Of a stretch of DNA of 64,000 nucleotides, positions 1-12,034 are shown one piece after another. Within the stretch, counting starts at the first letter, position 1. Each line of letters begins with the position of its first letter. The stretch is taken from NCBI GenBank assembly GCA_002269645.1, contig NIVC01000845.1, forward strand, positions 370,003 through 434,002. The letters run 5' to 3'. The translations under genes were made by a program, and so were the position numbers. The notes beneath the pieces are model-generated. The model was not told the DNA's origin and did not search any database. It worked only from the letters and a program-made list of their open reading frames with translations. This stretch comes from Macrostomum lignano. Lineage: Eukaryota.

Positions 1-209
1 GAGCCGTATCTCTGCAACAATACCGAAACTGATGTCCGCCCTTTCGTTCTGTCACGTTACAAAGAAAGATCGAATCCGTATAATATTCAAATTTTCCATT
101 TGATAATGCGGGTTGGGCGATCAACTCATAAATGCTTGACAGATCTATTTTGCGTGAGTGAGTCATCCTGAGGTGCGGAGCTTTATGGATACTGGCTCAG
201 GTAAATATT

Positions 210-1145
210 CGAGGGTGCCAGTTTTGGATTTGAGAGACGCTATTTTTAGGTTCAAGAGATGCCATTTTTTAATTCGAGGGATGCCATCTTTGAATTTGAG
301 GGGTGCCATTTTATGGATTTGAGGGATGCCATTTTATGGATTTGAGGGATGCCATTTTATGGATTTGAGGGATGCCATTTTATGGATTTGAGGGATGCCA
401 TTTTATGGATTTGAGGGATGCCATTTTATGGATTTGAGGGGTGCCATTTTATGGATTTGAGGGGTGCCATTTTATGGATTTGAGGGATGCCCTGTTATGG
501 ATTTGAGGGGTGCCATTTTATGGATTTGAGGGGTGCCCTGTTATGGATTTGAGGGGTGCCATTTTATGGATTTGAGGGATGCCATTTTATGGATTTGAGG
601 GATGCCATTTTATGGATTTGAGGGATGCCATTTTATGGATTTGAGGGATGCCATTTTATGGATTTGAGGGATGCCATTTTATGGATTTGAGGGATGCCAT
701 TTTATGGATTTGAGGGATGCCATTTTATGGATTTGAGGGGTGCCATTTTATGGATTTGAGGGGTGCCCTGTTATGGATTTGAGGGGTGCCATTTTATGGA
801 TTTGAGGGGTGCCATTTTATGGATTTGAGGGATGCCCTGTTATGGATTTGAGGGGTGCCATTTTATGGATTTGAGGGATGCCATTTTATGGATTTGAGGG
901 ATGCCATTTTATGGATTTGAGGGATGCCATTTTATGGATTTGAGGGATGCCATTTTATGGATTTGAGGGATGCCATTTTATGGATTTGAGGGGTGCCATT
1001 TTATGGATTTGAGGGGTGCCCTGTTATGGATTTGAGGGGTGCCATTTTATGGATTTGAGGGGTGCCATTTTATGGATTTGAGGGATGCCCTGTTATGGAT
1101 TTGAGGGGTGCCATTTTATGGATTTGAGGGATGCTATTTTATGGA
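210..1145. repeat. 23-bp tandem array (GGATTTGAGGGATGCCATTTTAT)n
   Basis: GAGGGATGCC recurs at 321 and 344 (period 23). Units are degenerate from about 210 and regular from about 298. Confidence 0.95.
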
Positions 1146-2440
1146 ATTTATGGGCAGGTTATCTTTACTTCGAACAAGAGTGAAATTTTAGCTGCACAGG
1201 TGGTGCATACTCGTAGATACTGCATCAGTGAATCGCAATTGAAAATCTTATTTTTAATTGACACGATGGGAAGGCAGGAAGGAAGGCGGGAGCAGCTCGC
1301 AGTGTGAAGTGCATTCAATGAGAATAGAGAATTTCAATACTCTGGCTGCTTTCTCTTCGGCAAAAGCCTTCAAGTTGGGCGGGAAATTCATCTCAATGCA
1401 ACCGAGCCGGAGGCAGACTGACAGACAGAGGTGCGGACAGCGGCCGAGAGTGCAGCTTAAGTGCACCCGACCGCCCCCCCATTCACTGTCGCCTCAACTC
1501 CGTCTGGGCGATCGAGGGAGAGAATGAAAGTAAAATAGTATTGGACTGAGAATTTCTGCTTTCAGGCCAAAGCCCTCACCTACCCTCTCCTCTCCTGCAT
1601 CCGCTGCCGCTGCGGCCCGAGCTTTGAGAGAGGAGAAGAGCGTGAGGACTCTGAGCAGGCGTGAATGAGGAGGTCCCAGGCGAGACTGGCTGGGCACTTT
1701 TCCCCCCTCTCTCTCTCTCTCTCTCTCGCTTCATCCTTTTTTTTCTAGCAGAAGAGCCGCTTTCATTCCATTGACCAGTGGCGAGTTCCCTCAGCCTGAA
1801 ATCCCCCGGTTCCCCAATTTCGTGTGCACGCAAAAAACTCCCCAACCCACCCCCCTCACGGCCGCAGCTTCTCCCAAGCAACCACCGCGGGGCCGCCGAG
1901 TCCACGGGGCCCGCCAGCCAGCTTCATCGATGCCACTGAGGCAGAAACGGAGGCAAGAAAGGGGAAGCGGAGACCAAAGCCAGTCGGCTCCCCTCCCCCC
2001 CCAGCCTCTCCAATCAATCAAGACCAGATTTGAAAGCGGCGAGGCCCGGCGCGCAGCCGGCTGTGCAGGCCTTCGGCCATTGATTTTTGCTTGATAATTC
2101 TTAAGTAGCGCCGGCCAATGGTCAGGTAATTTTCGGTAGGAGAGGAAGAGAGGAGAGGAGCTCTCGTGGCTTCTTTCTGGAGCGGACTGCTCAAGGTCTG
2201 ATGGAGCTGACTCCCCCTCTCCCGGTCTGTGGGCAGCTGATGGGAACAGCATGGCGTGCCAGAAATCCCCGGAATCCCCACCGTCTGCCCTGCTGCATCC
2301 CCCCCCCAGACTGAAGCTCATGATGGAGCTCAATTATATGAATGTTGCTATGGTGCCTAGTAACAGACTTGTAACCGTGAGTCAGATTGGTAGGTAGTTT
2401 TCCTGGGTGGACATCTATGGTATTGTGGTAAAGACATTGT

Positions 2441-2937
2441 TAGACAGGCACTGAGACAGACAGTGAGACAGACAGTGAGACAGACACTGAGACAGACAGT
2501 GAGACAGACAGTGAGACAGGCACTGAGACAGACACTGAGACAGTGAGACAGACAGTGAGACAGACAGTGAGACAGACAGTGAGACAGACAGTGAGACAGA
2601 CAGTGAGACAGACAGTGAGACAGGCACTGAGACAGACACTGAGACAGACAGTGAGACAGACAGTGAGACAGACAGTGAGACAGACAGTGAGACAGACAGT
2701 GAGACAGACAGTGAGACAGACAGTGAGACAGACAGTGAGACAGACAGTGAGACAGACAGACAGACAGACAGTGAGACAGACAGTGAGACAGACACTGAGA
2801 CAGACAGTGAGACAGACAGTGAGACAGACAGTGAGACAGACACTGAGACAGACACTGAGACAGACAGTGAGACAGACAGTGAGACAGACACTGAGACAGA
2901 CACTGAGACAGACACTGAGACAGACAATGAGACATCA
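2441..2937. repeat. 12-bp tandem array (GAGACAGACAGT)n
   Basis: Directly visible. It produces the RQTV, CLSH and SVSL repeat ORFs. Confidence 0.95.
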
Positions 2938-3746
2938 GACAAATCAAGATCGCCATGCAGGCAGGTGGGCAGGTCCAGGTACTCCGAGTTTCGAATAATT
3001 TATGCCGAAAACCAGGCCGCAGATGGGGTGGTGGACAATGAGCCAGAGAGCAGTTGCCTGCATCGATTCGAAAGCTCGCCTGTCACAGAAATCTGACGAA
3101 TGCCGGAGCGATTCGTCACGCTACAGACATTTTTGCATTACGTAATCGAGAAAAAGGTAGGGAGAGAGAGAGGGTAGAAATATGTAAGCAGTAGGGAAGA
3201 AGACTCAAAACTGAAACAAAGACTTGCCAAGGGCGCATCCTGGAAGAAAATTTTAATTTGCGATTGAATTGGGAAACTGTTTTATGCCAGGCAGATCCCG
3301 ATGAGTCCTGGGGGGTCGGCGGAGAGGCGCTCTGTCATCATCAGGGGGGGGGGGGCTGGGGTGCGTCATCTAAGGGATCGGGGCTATTGGGGCTGGAGCA
3401 CTGAGACGTAAGTCAAACAATGCCTCAAGCAATCAAGGAGAGAGAGGCGGTTGAGAGTGCGAATTGAAGAGCGCGGCTTAGCCTTTGAGAACTTGGATTC
3501 GTGGGCGAAGTGAGCAGTGGTCACGTGATCCCATATTACCGGCGCAGTGGATGACGGCCGGTTGCGCAACCATTTTGCTCATCCGACCCGAGGGGTTGCT
3601 GGACTTTAAAGAACAAATTTTTATTTTATTTTATAAAAAAGGTGCATTGGTTATTTGAATTTACATATCTTTCTACTAGCAGTAGGCAGACGGAATCCCA
3701 AACTAAACATTTATCGGTTCTAATCGTACAGCTCTTTGCTTTGAGG

Positions 3747-4191
3747 TACAGATACTAAAATAACTACAGATGGACCACTAAGGCATGTATACTTAGTAAA
3801 ACAGCTTTCTACTTTCAGTTCAGTAGCAAAGAGGAATACGTAAGCTACGTAAAGGCAGCTGAAATTACTCTGTTAAGTTTAGAAGCCCAAGCTTGCAGGC
3901 GTAAACAACTTGCTAATTGGTTCAGCAATAATGTACATTAGCCAGTCCACTGAAATGTACATAGCAGTTTAGGCTGGATGTCCGAGAAAGGCAATAAAAA
4001 TTGGGGCGGGGCGGGCGGGGGGTAGTGCGGAAAGGCGCAGTTGGAGGGTTTAAGCTGGGTGTAAAGAGCCAATAAATTGAGCCTTGGCTTTAAAAGTACA
4101 TTAAAATGCTTCTGTTTAACTTACTACTGAACTGAAAGTAGTTTATACGCTAATGTGCTGAGTGGCCCATCCAGTTATTCTAGTATCTGTG
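3747..4191. mobile_element. hAT-like MITE, copy 1 (445 bp)
   Basis: Imperfect terminal inverted repeats TACAGATACTAAAATAACT...GATGGACCACT and AGTGGCCCATCCAGTTATTCTAGTATCTGTG. Sub-terminal inverted pair CTACTTTCAGTTCAGTAG / CTACTGAACTGAAAGTAG. Perfect 8-bp target-site duplication CTTTGAGG at 3739-3746 and 4192-4199. Second copy at 42212-42677. 8-bp TSDs are typical of hAT elements. Confidence 0.85.
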
Positions 4192-4699
4192 CTTTGAGGT
4201 TGGCACTCATGGGCGAAAACGGCAGGAAAAATCTCAGGCTAATTTTTGTGTACGGACGAACAAATTACTCTGTAGTGTCGCCCAGATTCGAACCCATGTG
4301 CCCTAATCGTGGAGACTCTTGGCCTCGATATTCTGAGCACCCTTATGGCTGAGTACCATTGAGAGCTGCCTGCAATGGCGTACGCTCTGTGCTCACTTAG
4401 GCTAGGAGTTAAATTTCTCTTAGGCAGAGAGTTTTGTTCTTCAACAAGGAAACTTTGTTTCCAGACAGGAAATTAAGGGAAAAAATCCTCTCATTCTCAT
4501 TCCGTGGATCGTCCTGAAGGCAGGATATTAAATTTTGTTCTGCTTGCACCTTTGTAGATTCTTATAGACCTTGTAGACTATCTAGAGATTTTCTTGGGAA
4601 TTTCAATAATTTATTAGCTTGCTAACTATTATAGAGCTTTAAACTGGAACTCTAACTTGTCTTTTTCGATTCTCAGCATTTTCTAGATTCTAAAAAGAC

Positions 4700-5272
4700 T
4701 TTCGGGACCTTCGGGACCTTCGGGACCTTCGGGACCTTCGGGACCTTCGGGACCTTCGGGACCTTCGGGACCTTCGGGACCTTCGGGACCTTCGGGACCT
4801 TCGGGACCTTCGGGACCTTCGGGACCTTCGGGACCTTCGGACCTTCGGGACCTTCGGGACCTTCGGGACCTTCGGGACCTTCGGGACCTTCGGGACCTTC
4901 GGGACCTTCGGGACCTTCGGGACCTTCGGGACCTTCGGGACCTTCGGGACCTTCGGGACCTTCGGGACCTTCGGGACCTTCGGGACCTTCGGGACCTTCG
5001 GGACCTTCGGGACCTTCGGGACCTTCGGGACCTTCGGGACCTTCGGGACCTTCGGGACCTTCGGGACCTTCGGGACCTTCGGGACCTTCGGGACCTTCGG
5101 GACCTTCGGGACCTTCGGGACCTTCGGGACCTTCGGGACCTTCGGGACCTTCGGGACCTTCGGGACCTTCGGGACCTTCGGGACCTTCGGGACCTTCGGG
5201 ACCTTCGGGACCTTCGGGACCTTCGGGACCTTCGGGACCTTCGGGACCTTCGGGACCTTCGGGATCTTCGGA
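4700..5272. repeat. 9-bp tandem array (CTTCGGGAC)n
   Basis: Directly visible, with one 1-bp deletion near 4840. Confidence 0.95.
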
Positions 5273-5687
5273 CGTTTGGCAGCACTAAACCCAAATCGCT
5301 GTCAATGGAAATGAAAATAAAACTGTTTAGGCTGAGCTGTTTAGAATGGTCCAAGAAACATCGAAACCAGTAAGCCACAGCCAATCAACAGTCAAACACT
5401 GACCAACTACTACGATTATGCCATGACAGATCGATACTGCTATGGTCTCTCTGCAATATCTGAACCTCCTTCTCCACGCCTTGCACTCACAGCGCCCTCA
5501 ATTCCTCCCTCACTCGGCCAAGAGCCACACTCTTATTAAGCAAGGGCAGGACAGCTCACAGTTTAGTCAGCTGCTCGCGCACAGTAAGACAGTGAAATCT
5601 ATTTTGCAGTAACCAACGTCTCAGCTTATGCAGCAATAGCCAGCTCTGTTGTGTGTAGTACCAGACTGCTTGCTGCTTTCAAACACT

Positions 5688-8600
5688 ATGCTGGCCCTGC
5701 TGCTTCTGCTAACAGCGGCCAGTTGCTCCACTGTAGGTGTCCATGGCTCCGCTGCGCCAAAGTACGACGAGAATTTGATGGCCAAACGGCTAAACAGGAC
5801 CATCGACTTCTGTGAGACTGGCACTGGCGTGTTCGGGTTTTTCACTGCCCTTCCCTGTCACTCCAAGCCCTGTCACTCCAAGCCCTGTCACTCCAAGCCC
5901 TGTCACTCCAAGCCCTGTCACTCCAAGCCCTGTCACTCCAAGCCCTGTCACTCCAAGCCCTGTCACTCCAAGCCCTGTCACTCCAAGCCCTGTCACTCCA
6001 AGCCCTGTCACTCCAAGCCCTGTCACTCCAAGCCCTGTCACTCCAAGCCCTGTCACTCCAAGCCCTGTCACTCCAAGCCCTGTCACTCCAAGCCCTGTCA
6101 CTCCAAGCCCTGTCACTCCAAGCCCTGTCACTCCAAGCCCTGTCACTCCAAGCCCTGTCACTCCAAGCCCTGTCACTCCAAGCCCTGTCACTCCAAGCCC
6201 TGTCACTCCAAGCCCTGTCACTCCAAGCCCTGTCACTCCAAGCCCTGTCACTCCAAGCCCTGTCACTCCAAGCCCTGTCACTCCAAGCCCTGTCACTCCA
6301 AGCCCTGTCACTCCAAGCCCTGTCACTCCAAGCCCTGTCACTCCAAGCCCTGTCACTCCAAGCCCTGTCACTCCAAGCCCTGTCACTCCAAGCCCTGTCA
6401 CTCCAAGCCCTGTCACTCCAAGCCCTGTCACTCCAAGCCCTGTCACTCCAAGCCCTGTCACTCCAAGCCCTGTCACTCCAAGCCCTGTCACTCCAAGCCC
6501 TGTCACTCCAAGCCCTGTCACTCCAAGCCCTGTCACTCCAAGCCCTGTCACTCCAAGCCCTGTCACTCCAAGCCCTGTCACTCCAAGCCCTGTCACTCCA
6601 AGCCCTGTCACTCCAAGCCCTGTCACTCCAAGCCCTGTCACTCCAAGCCCTGTCACTCCAAGCCCTGTCACTCCAAGCCCTGTCACTCCAAGCCCTGTCA
6701 CTCCAAGCCCTGTCACTCCAAGCCCTGTCACTCCAAGCCCTGTCACTCCAAGCCCTGTCACTCCAAGCCCTGTCACTCCAAGCCCTGTCACTCCAAGCCC
6801 TGTCACTCCAAGCCCTGTCACTCTACTCCCTGCCGCTTGTCTTCCCAATACCGCTGAAGCAACAAAATCAACAACGGAAACCAATACTACTGCAGGCACC
6901 AGCAACAACAATGAAACCTGTGCCACTCTTTGGATAGACAAGTTCGGCAAATCGGCTGACTACTTTGCTAACATTATCAACCGGTTCAACTTTGCCTACT
7001 CAAATCGAATGGAGGATAAACTTTCTGAACAGGTGAGCGAGAGAACAGTCTCAACAGAGTGGAGTGACAAGCAGTAGAGTGACAGGTAGTGGAGTGACAG
7101 GTAGTGGAGTGACAGGTAGTGGAGTGACAAGCAGTAGAGTGACAGGTAGTGGAGTGACAGGTAGTGGAGTGACAGGTAGTAGAGTGACAGGTACTGGAGG
7201 GACAGGTAGTGAAGTGACAAGCAGTAGAGTGACTTACAAGTGTGTGACGTGGAGTAGAGTGACATGGAGTAGAGTGACATGGAGTAGAGTGACATGGAGT
7301 AGAGTGACATGGAGTAGAGTGACATGGAGTAGAGTGACATGGAGTAGAGTGACATGGAGTAGACTGACATGGAGTAGAGTGACATGGAGTAGACTGACAT
7401 GGAGTAGAGTGACATGGAGTAGAGTGACATGGAGTAGAGTGACATGGAGTAGAGTGACATGGAGTAGAGTGACATGGAGTAGAGTGACATGGAGTAGAGT
7501 GACATGGAGTAGAGTGACATGGAGTAGAGTGACATGGAGTAGAGTGACATGGAGTAGACTGACATGGAGTAGAGTGACATGGAGTAGAGTGACATGGAGT
7601 AGAGTGACATGGAGTAGAGTGACATGGAGTAGACTGACATGGAGTAGAGTGACATGGAGTAGACTGACATGGAGTAGAGTGACATGGAGTAGAGTGACAT
7701 GGAGTAGAGTGACATGGAGTAGAGTGACATGGAGTAGAGTGACATGGAGTAGAGTGACATGGAGTAGAGTGACATGGAGTAGAGTGACATGGAGTAGAGT
7801 GACATGGAGTAGAGTGACATGGAGTAGACTGACATGGAGTAGAGTGACATGGAGTAGAGTGACAGGCAGTAGAGTGACAGGCAGTAGAGTGACAGGCAGT
7901 AGAGTGACAGGCAGTAGAGTGACAGGCAGTAGAGTGACAGGCAGTAGAGTGACAGGCAGTAGAGTGACAGGCAGTAGAGTGACAGGCAGTAGAGTGACAG
8001 GCAGTAGAGTGACAGGCAGTAGAGTGACAGGCAGTAGAGTGACAGGCAGTAGAGTGACAGGCAGTAGAGTGACAGGCAGTAGAGTGACAGGCAGTAGAGT
8101 GACAGGCAGTAGAGTGACAGGCAGTAGAGTGACAGGCAGTAGAGTGACAGGCAGTAGAGTGACAGGCAGTAGAGTGACAGGCAGTAGAGTGACAGGCAGT
8201 AGAGTGACAGGCAGTAGAGTGACAGGCAGTAGAGTGACAGGCAGTAGAGTGACAGGCAGTAGAGTGACAGGCAGTAGAGTGACAGGCAGTAGAGTGACAG
8301 GCAGTAGAGTGACAGGCAGTAGAGTGACAGGCAGTAGAGTGACAGGCAGTAGAGTGCAATGAATTGCAATGAATGAAACGCATTGGAAGCACAGAAGGAC
8401 AGAAAGCTGGTGAATCGGTTCAACGTAACAATGCCCCTAACTCTCGAAAAAAACTTTCGCATCCGCAGTTGCTGACGCTATCGAATCGAGTCGAGGTGTG
8501 GAGCCTGCGCAACCTGCGCATCGCCAGGCGTTTCCAGTGGCGCAGCTTCCACAACGCCACTCTGAAGCGTCGATTTAAAGCTTTAACGCTGGACCCTACG

Positions 8601-11600
8601 CTGGAGAACGAGACTGACCGGCTGTGAGTGGGGTTTGAGCATATCCATCTGTTTAATCAGTCTGTGTCCACCTGTCTATTCTGTCTGTGTCCACCTGTCT
8701 ATTCTCTCTGTGTCCACCTGTCTAATCTGTCTGTGTCCACCTGTCTAATCTGTCTGTGTCTACCTGTCTAATCTGTCTGTGTCCACCTGTCTATTCTGTC
8801 TGTGTCCACCTGTCTATTCTCTCTGTGTCCACCTGTCTAATCTGTCTGTGTCCACCTGTCTATTCTGTCTGTGTCCACCTGTCTAATCTGTCTGTATCCA
8901 CCTGTCTAATCTGTCTGTGTCCACCTGACTAATCTGTCTGTCATCATTAAAAATAGTGAATCTGCTTCCCAATTTCTCGACAACCTCCCACCCCATCCAA
9001 CAGCCAGCTCTCGGAGCTGCATCAGAGTCTGCAAAACTCCTACTCGCACATCGCCGCCTGTCCGAAGCTCGGCAACAACAGCGCCGCAGGCTGCCTCCCA
9101 GTCGGCGAGCAGGCCGTCTCGGACGTCCTGGCCAACGCCTCGGCCAGCTACGACTACAAGCTGAGCGTCTGGCGCTCCTGGTACGACTCCGCCGCCGGTG
9201 CCATGGCAACCAACTTCACTGCCTACGTCCGCCTGGCCAACTCGTCCGCTCGCCAGATCGGCTATGGCGACTTTGGCGAGGCCGACTGGCGCTCGGACTT
9301 CGAGTCGGACAGCTTCAACTCGGACGTGCTGGCCTGGTACGCCCAGCTGTCCGACCTGTACACTCAGCTGCATGCCTACGTGCGGCACCGGCTGTCGCGC
9401 CGGTACCCGGGGAAATTCCGGCCGGACGGCTGCCTGCCGGCGCACATCCTCGGCCACGACCAGTGGGCTCAGCAGTGGAGCCTCCAGTCCGAGGATTTCC
9501 CGCGCCGCGTGACAGCTGTGAACTACACTGACTTGCTGGTGAGAAAGTTCGGCAACTTCACCGAGTTGGTGCGAGCCGCCGAAGGCTTCTACAAGTCGCT
9601 GGGGATGCCGGCCATGACCAAGGAGTTCTGGCAGCGCAGCGACTTCTTCAAGCCAGCCAACTCGTCCATAGTCAAGGACTGCCACGCCTCTGCCTGGGAG
9701 TTCGCCAACAGAAAAGATTTCCGAATAAAAATGTGCGGCAGGGTCCGGGTTGAGGACTTCAACGTCATTCACCACGAGATGGGGCACATCGAATATTTCA
9801 TGGCCTACAGCCGCCAGCCGAGGGAGTTCAGAAACAGCGCCAATTCGGGCTTTCACGAGGCCGTTGGCGACACAATGTCGCTTTCTGTGAACACCAGGGC
9901 CCACTTTGCCACTCTGGGCATGCTGCCTAACGGCACAGAGGCTGCAGGTGGGCCACTATTTGCAGTGCAATGCGGTGTGGGTGAATAGCTAGGGCTCTCA
10001 CACTAGACCGACGTTTACATTAGACCACATTCACACTAGATACCTATCCACATTAGACCTTCATTCACAACATAGACAAACACCCACGCTAGATGCCAAT
10101 TAACACTAGGCCCCCATTCACACTACGCTTGTAGACCCACATTCACACTAGACCCGCATTCACACTAGACCCGTATTCATTACTAGACTTGCATTCACAC
10201 TAGACCCGCATTCACACTAGACTTGCATTCACACTAGACCCGCATTCACACTAGACTTGCATTCACACTAGACCCGCATTCACACTAGACTTGCATTCAC
10301 ACTAGACCCATATTCATTACTAGTGTGATTCACACTAGACATCCGCATTCGCACCAACCGCAGAGGCGGAGCTGAACCGGCTGTTCTCCATGGCTCTTGA
10401 GAAGGTGGCCTTCCTGCCCTTCGCCCTCACCACCGGGGTGTTCCGCTGGCTGGTTTTCAACGGGACGGCCGGTCCGGACACCTACAACCGGGTCTGGTGG
10501 GGCCTCCGCGCCCGCTACGGCGGCATCTGCCCGCCGGTGGACCGGCCGTCGGGAGGATTCGACGCCGGAGCCAAATACCACGTGGCCCAGGACATCAGCT
10601 ATATTCGCTATTATTTCAGCTTCATCTTGCAGTTCCAGCTGCACAGGAGGATGTGCCAGCTCAGCGGGCACAAGGGACCGGTGAACCGGTGCGACTTCTA
10701 CCGGTCCAAGAAGGCAGGAAAGAAGTTCCTGTAAGCCGTTTGCCTCTCCCTCACGTCTCCCTCTCTCATCTTGCTCTCTCATCTCCCTCTCTCATCTCCC
10801 TCTCTCATCTCCCTCTCTCATCTTGCTCTCTCATCTCCCTCTCTCATCTCCCTCTCTCATCTCCCTCTCTCATCTCCCTCTCTCATCTCCCTCTCTCATC
10901 TTGCTCTCTCATCTCCCTCTCTCATCTTGCTCTCTCATCTCCCTCTCTCATCTCCCTCTCTCATCTTGCTCTCTCATCTCCCTCTCGTATCTCCCTCTCT
11001 CATCTCCTTCTCTCATCTCCCTCTACCATCTCCCTCTCGTATCTCCCTCTCTCATCTCCCTCTCTCATCTCCTTCTCTCATCTCCCTCTCCCATCTCCCT
11101 CTCGTATCTCCCTCTCTCATCTCCCTCTCTCATCTCCTTCTCTCATCTCCCTCTCCCTTCTCCCTCTCTCATCTCCCTCTCGTATCTCCCTCTCCCGTCT
11201 CCCTCTCTCATCTCCCTCTTTCATCTCCCTCTCTCACCTCCTTCTCCCATCTCCCTCTCCCATCTCCCTCTCGTATCTCCCTCTTCCGTCTCCCTCTCTC
11301 ATCTCCTTCTCCCATCTCCCTCTCTCATCTCCCTCTCTCATCCATCTTTCCTCTCTCTCTCTCTCTCTCATCTCCCTCTCTCATCTCCCTCTCACATCTC
11401 CCTCTCTCATCTCCCTCTCTCATCTCCCTCTCTCATCCCTCTCTCATCTCCCTCTTTCATCACTTTCTCCCATCTCCTTCTCTCATTTCCTTCTCTCTCA
11501 TCTCCGACCGAGAAAACAGAGTCTCAAATTTTCACAAAAAAACTACACAAAGCCTTACTCCTCAGATTGTGTGTGTTTTAGATTAGTACTTATATTTTTA

Positions 11601-12034
11601 AGGTTTAATTATTTTTTGTTTGCTGTGAAATTTAAGGTTTGAGATGATGAATGGGACGTTCTCAGTTCTAGGATTTTCTAATGCCCAAATTCTTTGTCGT
11701 TTTATATTTTTTTAATTTTGGAACTTCGTTTTTGTGATAATCACAGACGAGATTCATGGATATGGATAGCAATCAAATACATCACAAACCATTAGCAGCA
11801 AATACTCGTAATATCGCAATTCGGCCAACTTACAGACAAATGCTAAAGTCTGGTAGCAGCCGGCCATGGCAGGAGACTCTGCGAGAATTCACTAAGGAGG
11901 ACGGCCTGCAGACGTCGGCCTTGCTGGAGTACTTTCGGCCGCTGCACGCCTGGCTTGCGGACTATAATAAGCGGCATGGGGTGCCCGTGGGCTGGAAAGT
12001 GCCTAAAGACGTTCTGAAGGGCGTGTCCAGCTGA
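5688..12034 (+). CDS. ACE: Angiotensin-converting enzyme-like peptidyl dipeptidase (peptidase M2), single domain, secreted, about 641 aa
   Basis: Exons 5688-5811, 6896-7032 (alternative same-phase acceptor at 6860), 8469-8623, 9004-9947, 10364-10730, 11836-12034. All introns are GT-AG and phase-consistent, total 1926 nt. Signal peptide [13 protein letters not shown]. Zinc motif HHEMGH with third ligand EAVGD. ACE motifs [42 protein letters not shown]. No TM helix before the stop. Confidence 0.93.
5853..6826. repeat. 15-bp tandem array (CCCTGTCACTCCAAG)n in ACE intron 1
   Basis: About 65 near-identical units. The last unit is GCCCTGTCACTCTACT. Confidence 0.95.
7058..8355. repeat. 15-bp tandem array in ACE intron 2, three blocks: (AGTGGAGTGACAGGT)n, (AGTAGAGTGACATGG)n, (AGTAGAGTGACAGGC)n
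   Basis: Directly visible. The reverse complement is related to the intron 1 array. Confidence 0.95.
8659..8942. repeat. 23-bp tandem array (CTGTCTGTGTCCACCTGTCTAAT)n in ACE intron 3
   Basis: Directly visible. Confidence 0.9.
9995..10345. repeat. 17-bp tandem array (CATTCACACTAGACCCG)n in ACE intron 4
   Basis: Directly visible, degenerate at the 5' end. Confidence 0.85.
10743..11505. repeat. CT-rich 13-bp array (CTCATCTCCCTCT)n in ACE intron 5
   Basis: Directly visible. Confidence 0.9.

Noticed and set aside
1254-2333. Cluster of 67-180 aa ORFs on both strands
   Set aside because: No recognisable domain and no consistent splice chain. They look like chance ORFs in GC-rich, possibly regulatory DNA.
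4683-5384. ORF encoding an RS-like (RRS)n tract and a collagen-like (GPE)n tract
   Set aside because: It is a translation of a 9-bp satellite, and the switch between tracts is a 1-bp indel in the array.
5649-7077. (PCHSK)n or mucin-like (VTPSP)n ORFs as a coding ACE stalk
   Set aside because: The phase-1 donor at 5811 cannot join the array AG sites in the VTPSP frame. Splicing 5811 to 6896 gives a clean ACE N-terminus.
8883-10782. Minus-strand and off-frame ORFs over the ACE exons
   Set aside because: Antisense or alternative-frame shadows of GC-rich coding sequence.
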